NCBI GenBank assembly: GCA_028278205.1
Contig: JANQES010000045.1
Coordinates: forward strand, 16,319-80,318
DNA: 64,000 bases
Direction: 5' to 3'
Origin: Rhodothermales bacterium
Lineage (GTDB): Bacteria; Bacteroidota; Rhodothermia; Rhodothermales; Bin80
In this document: piece by piece, positions 59,159-64,000 of the stretch
How the letters are laid out: each line of letters starts with the position of its first letter
Numbering within the stretch: the first letter of the stretch is position 1
Notes under the pieces: model-generated
What the model saw: the letters and a program-made list of their open reading frames with translations, nothing else
Told to the model about the DNA's origin: nothing
Databases searched by the model: none
Position numbers and translations under genes: made by a program

Positions 59159-59433
59159 AAGCCCGTCCTCGTCATAGGTTGTTGCAAAACGTTTCCAATG
59201 ATCACAAACCAGCGGCGAACATTCTGGCAGTGATCCGCTATTCTGCGTGTAGGGGATCTGCAAGAGGTGGAAGTAAGGGATCCCCCCACAGCGTCACAAT
59301 TTAGGAAGCGCAAAAAAAGAGAATGGTGAATATCGATCAAGAAATCGAAAGGGAGAAAGGGGGATTTTCTGAATATCGAATATCGATCAAGGAATGTCGA
59401 TTGGAGAAGGTATTCTCAGTTCCTCCGACATTC

Positions 59434-59457
59434 AAAAATCCAAAATCTAAAATCCCA
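59434..59457. repeat. solitary GGATTTT-type arm
   Basis: aaaaatccaaaatctaaaatccc overlaps the stop of the lipoprotein gene. No partner arm was seen nearby. Confidence 0.6.
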
Positions 59458-60631
59458 ACCTCCCCGCATCCCCGACGATGATCGTGTCGAGCGGGATCCA
59501 GGTGCCGGAGAGGCGGTAGCCGGCGCCAACGAAGCCGAAGCCGTTTTCGACGTTGGTCAAGGTGCCGGGCTGCACCAGCACGTCGGCGTCGAAGACCCCG
59601 CCGGGCGGATCCCATTCGGCATTGGCCACAATCAACCGGATCGTCAGTTTCGCCAGCTTCAGCCCGATGTTCGGATCGACGGTCGTGTTCTGTTCGATAA
59701 GGCGTTGGAGGGTTCGGAGGTCGCCGCGCGGCGTCAGGTCGATGACCCAGCCGCCCGCGACGCGGCGTTGCTTGCCGTCGTAGGTCAGCGTGGCCGTGCC
59801 GATTTCGATGCCAGCCGGTGTCAGGTACCGATAGCGATAGGTCACCTCGATGCGGATGAGGTTGGGCACGTCGGTGCCCTGGACGAAGACCGTCAGGAGC
59901 GGCGGCGCCAGGTCTGTGCGTGCCGGCAGCACCAGCGTCGCCGGCCCCGGCACCTCCACCTCCACGTGGCTGGCCGCGCCGTCGGAGCGTTCAACCTCCA
60001 GGCGATAGGCCCGCCCGAACGGCGCCGCAAACGACGACCAGTAGACGTGCGCAAACTGGCCGTTCTCTTCCTGAATGAGCGAATCCTGCCACACCCGCTG
60101 CTCGCCCGTGAGCAGATCCGTCGAGGTAAACTGTGCGTCGAGCGGCCCCGGCGGCGCCGGCTCTAACCGCCCTTCGATGGGAAAAACACGCACCCACTGC
60201 GTATCAGACTGCGGCGTAAGCACGCCGAACATCGAGAACGGCAGTTCGGTCCCCAACACCGCCACCACGTCTTCCTCGCACGCGCTGAAGGAGACGGCGA
60301 AGAGACAGGCGAAGACGGCCCAGGCTGTGAGGAGAGGGGTCGGATTTTGGATTTTGGATTTTGGATTTTGGATTGGGGTGCTGTTCTCAAAACGATCCGC
60401 AATCTCCCTACTATCGAAGCTCGTCACGTGGCTCTGCCGCGTGACGTCATTCCGGACGGCTCTGCCGTCATGAGGCCGTTTGGGCGACAGAGCAGCAGGG
60501 TTTTCGAATTGCGAATCAGTCCTCTTTCTCAAACAATCCAAAATCCAAAATCCAAAATCCAAAATCCGATCCCCATACCTCTCACTGGTAGGTAAAAAAG
60601 TTTCGCTATGTGAATGCTCAGATCGTCTCAT
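59447..60631 (-). CDS. lipoprotein downstream of TonB-dependent receptor (DUF4249-like by context); start uncertain
   Basis: Lipobox-type signal LLTAWAVFACLFAVSFSAC is encoded near 60270-60330, with no ATG/GTG/TTG just upstream. The only coupled start is ATG at 60631 (TAATG overlap with the receptor stop), and it reads through repeat 60342-60568. Confidence 0.5.
   Translation of the reverse strand: MRRSEHSHSETFLPTSERYGDRILDFGFWILDCLRKRTDSQFENPAALSPKRPHDGRAVRNDVTRQSHVTSFDSREIADRFENSTPIQNPKSKIQNPTPLLTAWAVFACLFAVSFSACEEDVVAVLGTELPFSMFGVLTPQSDTQWVRVFPIEGRLEPAPPGPLDAQFTSTDLLTGEQRVWQDSLIQEENGQFAHVYWSSFAAPFGRAYRLEVERSDGAASHVEVEVPGPATLVLPARTDLAPPLLTVFVQGTDVPNLIRIEVTYRYRYLTPAGIEIGTATLTYDGKQRRVAGGWVIDLTPRGDLRTLQRLIEQNTTVDPNIGLKLAKLTIRLIVANAEWDPPGGVFDADVLVQPGTLTNVENGFGFVGAGYRLSGTWIPLDTIIVGDAGRLGF
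60342..60568. repeat. GGATTTT-armed element with a distinct core, embedded in the 5' end of an ORF
   Basis: Arms are ggattttggattttggattttggattttggattgggg and caatccaaaatccaaaatccaaaatccaaaatccg. The inner hairpin is cgtcacgtggctctgccgcgtgacg. Confidence 0.85.
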
Positions 60632-62898
60632 TAAAACGAAATCTTGACCCCAAACGACGGGACCAGGGGGAGTTGATCGACGCGGCGGAGGGTGAACACG
60701 TCGAGGTAAAAGAGGTTGCGCCGGTCGTAGAGGTTGATGACGCTGCCCTGCACCGCCAGATCGGCCCCGCCGAGCGGAAACGACCGTTCGACCGACACGT
60801 CGAGCCGGTGATAGGTGGGCAGGCGGGCGTTGAACGGACGTTCGTAGATCACCCGCCGCGACCCCGGCGTCTCGGCGATGTTGGTGACGTCGTTGACCAG
60901 CGTAAAGCCGTCGAAGCCGATGGCGCGGCTGAACGGCAGCCCGGAGCCGAACTCCCACCGCGCGCTCACGTCGAAGCCCCAGAGCGTCGTGCTCACGAGC
61001 GCGTTGAGTTGATGCCGGCGGTCGTGCGGCGGGTTGAAGTTGAGCATTTCCTGGCCGTACCAGAGCAACAGCGACGCCTGCTCGGCCTCATACTCGGTCG
61101 AGGAAAAGCCATAGTTGACGTAGCCGTAGACGCGGCGGCCCCGCACCTCCATGCGCGCATCGAAGCCGTACGAGGTGCCGTTGGCCGGTTGCAACTGCGT
61201 GGTGAACCGGGGAAACGCCGTCCATTCTGCGATGAAAAGGTTGGAGAGCCGTTTGTAGAACCCTTCGACCGAGAGTTCGAGCCACGAAGCCGGGGTGGCG
61301 CGATAGCCAAGGATGGCGTGCGCCGCCCGCTGCGCCCGCCCGGCGCGAACGTCTTCGAGGTCCGTCCGGGGGCGCGGCGCGCTCGTCCAGACGGTGAAGA
61401 CACTCGCAGCGTCGCGACGGTCGTTCAGGCCCAGCACGGCCTGGTGATAGATCCCTGCCGCCGCGCTCACCTGATGGGTGCCGCCGTCCCAGACGATGCG
61501 CAGGCGCGGCTCCAGAAACGGATCGAACCGCACGTCGAAAAACTGCACGCGGATGCCGGCGCGGAGCCGCCACGCCCCGCCGAGCTTGAATTCCGGCTCG
61601 ACGTACGCCGAGGCGTGTTCCAGCCGTTCGTCGCGCGTTTCGATGTTTTGATAGAGCCCGCCCAGCCTGCTTTTGAGCGATAAAACCCGCAACGCCATGC
61701 CCGCATCGACGTCCGCCTTATCGCCGTAAAACGTGCCGTCTATCGAGACGTGGCCGTTGTCGATGACGCTGCGGCGGCCCGGTTCGTCGCGGGGGCCGAG
61801 TTCGGTTGCGAGGTAGGAATAAGAGGCGCGCAGATCGGCAGAGAGCGGGAACAGACGCGGCAGAATCAGGAAGCGCGCGCCGGCGGCCCGGTTTTCCCAG
61901 CGCACCTCCTCAGGCGGCGTCCCCCCGGTATCTTCGACGAGCGTGCCCCGGTCGAACGTGCGCAGCCCCAACACCGACGCCCGGCTAGACGGCGAGACGA
62001 CGCCGCTGAGCTTGAAAAACGCATCGCCGAAGTCGAACGGCAACGGCTGGCTAACTAACTGAGACGCCCCGTCCTCGACCAGCGACTGCCGCACCGACGC
62101 CATCAGCGAAAGCCGATCTTTGACAATCGGCCCTTCGAGGCGCGCGCTGCTGATAAACGGCGAGAGCGTCACCGCACCAGCATAGCGTTGGTTGTTGCCG
62201 CTGCGCGCCGTAATGTCGATCACCGACGAGATGCGCTCGCCGTATTTACTGCCGAAACCGCCTGCGTAGATGTCCGTCCGGCTGAGCAGATCCGAGGGAA
62301 AGGCCGAATAAAAACCCAGGATGTGAAACGGCTGATAGACCATCACCCCGTCGATCTGCACGAGGTTTTGCGACGGTTCGCCGCCGCGTATGAAAAGCTG
62401 CCCGCCCCGGTCGCCGACGGCCACCACGCCCGGCAGCGTCGCCAGGAAGCTGGCGAGGTCGCCCGACAGGTCGGGCGTGGGCACCAGTTCGATGTCGCGC
62501 GGGCGGACGGTCTGCTGCCCGGCGGTGATGCGCGCCGCCCCACTGGTCCGCTCCGACTCGACGAGCACCTCGTCGAGCGCCATACCGGGCACCAGCGCGA
62601 TGTTGATCGAGCGGCGTTCGTCCGGCGCCAGATCGAGCGTATCGGTAAACGTCTGATAGCCGATGAAGGACGCCCGCAAGACGTACCGCCCCGGATCGAT
62701 GGCCGGAATCAGATAAAGCCCATCCCGATTGGTCACGCCGCCTTTGACCGCGCCCGCGTCGCCGAGCAACGCCACATTGACCAGTTCGAGCGCCTGCCCA
62801 TCCGTCTGATCCGTCACAAACCCCCGAAGCGACGCCGGTTGCGCCAGCGCAGACTGTGCAAAGGCGAGGAGGAGAACGAAAAACCATGTGCCTCTCAC
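60631..62898 (-). CDS. TonB-dependent receptor with N-terminal carboxypeptidase-regulatory-like domain
   Basis: Likely GTG start at 62898 (MRGTWFFVLLLAFAQSALAQ), with a TTG alternative at 62904. Has a CarboxypepD_reg-like segment, a plug domain (LFIRGGEPSQNLVQIDGV) and a C-terminal ...FGVKISF. Confidence 0.82.
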   Translation of the reverse strand: MRGTWFFVLLLAFAQSALAQPASLRGFVTDQTDGQALELVNVALLGDAGAVKGGVTNRDGLYLIPAIDPGRYVLRASFIGYQTFTDTLDLAPDERRSINIALVPGMALDEVLVESERTSGAARITAGQQTVRPRDIELVPTPDLSGDLASFLATLPGVVAVGDRGGQLFIRGGEPSQNLVQIDGVMVYQPFHILGFYSAFPSDLLSRTDIYAGGFGSKYGERISSVIDITARSGNNQRYAGAVTLSPFISSARLEGPIVKDRLSLMASVRQSLVEDGASQLVSQPLPFDFGDAFFKLSGVVSPSSRASVLGLRTFDRGTLVEDTGGTPPEEVRWENRAAGARFLILPRLFPLSADLRASYSYLATELGPRDEPGRRSVIDNGHVSIDGTFYGDKADVDAGMALRVLSLKSRLGGLYQNIETRDERLEHASAYVEPEFKLGGAWRLRAGIRVQFFDVRFDPFLEPRLRIVWDGGTHQVSAAAGIYHQAVLGLNDRRDAASVFTVWTSAPRPRTDLEDVRAGRAQRAAHAILGYRATPASWLELSVEGFYKRLSNLFIAEWTAFPRFTTQLQPANGTSYGFDARMEVRGRRVYGYVNYGFSSTEYEAEQASLLLWYGQEMLNFNPPHDRRHQLNALVSTTLWGFDVSARWEFGSGLPFSRAIGFDGFTLVNDVTNIAETPGSRRVIYERPFNARLPTYHRLDVSVERSFPLGGADLAVQGSVINLYDRRNLFYLDVFTLRRVDQLPLVPSFGVKISF

Positions 62899-62953
62899 TA
62901 CCAAGGCAGGGCTTTTAAGTACTTTGCCAACGACCGTGCGAAGACGCCAAGGA

Positions 62954-63083
62954 GTTTCCCCTCCTGTCCAGGAGGGGGCTAAGGGGTGGTCGATCTCAAC
63001 CCTCGAAAAAACACCCCAACGCTGCGATTTTTCACGACTTGGGCGATCAACCACCCCTGTCCCCTCCTGTCCAGGAGGGGAAC
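62954..63083. repeat. inverted pair of CCCCTCCTGTCCAGGAGGGG-containing units
   Basis: gtttcccctcctgtccaggagggggctaaggggtggtcgatc (62954-62995) pairs with gatcaaccacccctgtcccctcctgtccaggaggggaac (63045-63083). Confidence 0.75.
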
Positions 63084-63314
63084 TTGGACCGCTACGTTTA
63101 GCAGAACTCAACAGCCCTGCCCTGTGCTCAGGGGGAGAGCCGCGTTTTTTCCCGGTTTTGAAGAGCAATCTGAAAGGAGAAGCCGGAGTCACGTAGGATT
63201 ACCCGATGCGCCGGAAATGACGAAGGTCCTGCGACAGAGCGAGCGCAAGGTAGCAAGCGCAACGGCCAAAAGACAAGGCAGTTTCGCAGGAAGCGCAACG
63301 ATTCAGTTTCGAGT

Positions 63315-63386
63315 TAGGGTTCAACGTTCAGGGTTCATTCTTGAGAATCTTTGAACTTTGAACCTGGACCCTTGAACTTTGAACCA
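63315..63386. repeat. GGGTTCA/TGAAC-oligomer palindromic element
   Basis: gggttcaacgttcagggttca pairs with tgaactttgaacctggacccttgaactttgaacc. Confidence 0.75.
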
Positions 63387-63435
63387 GTAACCAGGGTATC
63401 CCCAACCCTGCCCCCTCGAACCGGCATCCGTCCCA

Positions 63436-64000
63436 TGGCCCACGACGACGCCCCCGACAAGGAACCCACCCGCCGCGTGACGTTGAGCGACGTGGCCGCC
63501 GACGCCGGGGTCTCGCGCGCGACGGCCTCGCTCGTGCTGCGCGGCAGCCCCCTCGTCTCCGACCGCACCCGCGCCCACGTCCGCGCCTCGATGGCGAAGC
63601 TGGGCTACGTCTACAACCGCACCGCCGCCAGCCTCCGCGCTCAACGCTCGCACACCGTCGGCCTGGCCGTCACCGACATCACCAACCCGTTTTTCGCCGA
63701 GTTGGCCGTCGGCATCGAGACGCACCTCGACGAGGCGCGCTACACGGTGCTGCTGACCAACACCGCTGAGAAACTCGACAAGCAAGATCGCCTGCTGACG
63801 ACGATGCAGGGCTACCAGATCGACGGCCTGCTGCTGTGCCCGGCGCGCGGCACCACGCTCGAAACCCTCGAAAACCTGCGCCGGTGGGGCCTGCCTTTCG
63901 TCCTGATCACCCGCTACCTGCCCGGCAGCGATGTCGATTACGTCGGCGCAGACAACATCGCCGGGGCCGAGATGGCTGTGGAGCATCTGGTCGCGTTGGG
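63436..64000 (+). CDS. LacI-family transcriptional regulator, 5' part (runs off the window)
   Basis: Own translation from ATG 63436: MAHDDAPDKEPTRRVTLSDVAADAGVSRATASLVLRGSPLVSDRTRAHVRASMAKLGYVYNRTAASLR..., a LacI HTH followed by a periplasmic-binding-like core. Absent from the ORF track because no stop falls within the window. Confidence 0.8.

Noticed and set aside
60342-60376. Tandem GGATTTT heptamers as a possible CRISPR array or simple microsatellite
   Set aside because: The units are 7 nt with no spacers, and they always occur as one arm of an inverted pair. No cas genes are present. This is not CRISPR.
63321-63986. 221-aa minus-strand ORF
   Set aside because: The plus strand from ATG 63436 encodes a clean LacI-family HTH and core. 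The minus-strand ORF is a shadow.

Overview
High-GC, gene-dense bacterial chromosomal window with about 46 protein genes. No rRNA, tRNA or CRISPR array was found. The pairing of a CarboxypepD_reg-type TonB receptor with a downstream lipoprotein, and the gene content overall, suggest a Rhodothermales/Bacteroidota-like thermophile; this is a low-confidence inference. Gene content, left to right: (1) rnfC'-D-G-E-A operon plus a small Cys-rich membrane protein. (2) A visibly lower-GC island holding a convergent DNA methyltransferase and a PD-(D/E)xK nuclease, a putative type II R-M pair. (3) A group-3b-like [NiFe] hydrogenase operon on the minus strand: beta, a stand-alone cNMP-binding protein, gamma, delta, alpha and the maturation protease. 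An IS5-family element with clear inverted repeats and a CTA target duplication sits just upstream. (4) A YceI-like protein, then two TAT-signal Gfo/Idh/MocA oxidoreductases flanking a signal-less ApbE. (5) A secondary-lipid/polyketide locus: Sfp-type PPTase, a 1869-aa single-chain BC-BCCP-CT carboxylase, a 3079-aa PfaA-like megasynthase (KS-AT-KS-5xACP-KR-DH), a long acyl-CoA dehydrogenase and a divergent membrane EtfD-like Fe-S/CCG oxidoreductase. No ER, CLF, FabA-type DH or TE was seen in the window. (6) A two-gene hypothetical operon: a 3-TM, Cys-rich protein with a transglutaminase-like Cys-His-Asp pattern, plus a small partner. (7) A form-I aerobic CO-dehydrogenase cluster, coxMSL-G-D-E, followed by an XdhC-family protein with a C-terminal HMA domain and then mocA. 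(8) Arylamine N-acetyltransferase, a THUMP methyltransferase, an S41 peptidase, etfB/etfA, a TonB-dependent receptor with its lipoprotein, and a partial LacI regulator. The most striking non-coding signal is that almost every intergenic spacer holds a hairpin whose arms are tandem short oligomers. There are several sequence families of these. One is a GGATTTT-heptamer-armed, MITE-like family with at least 7 copies. Another is a 28-bp perfect palindrome present once in an rnf spacer and once in frame inside the megasynthase gene. Many long ORFs in the supplied track are antisense artefacts of the high GC content and were rejected.
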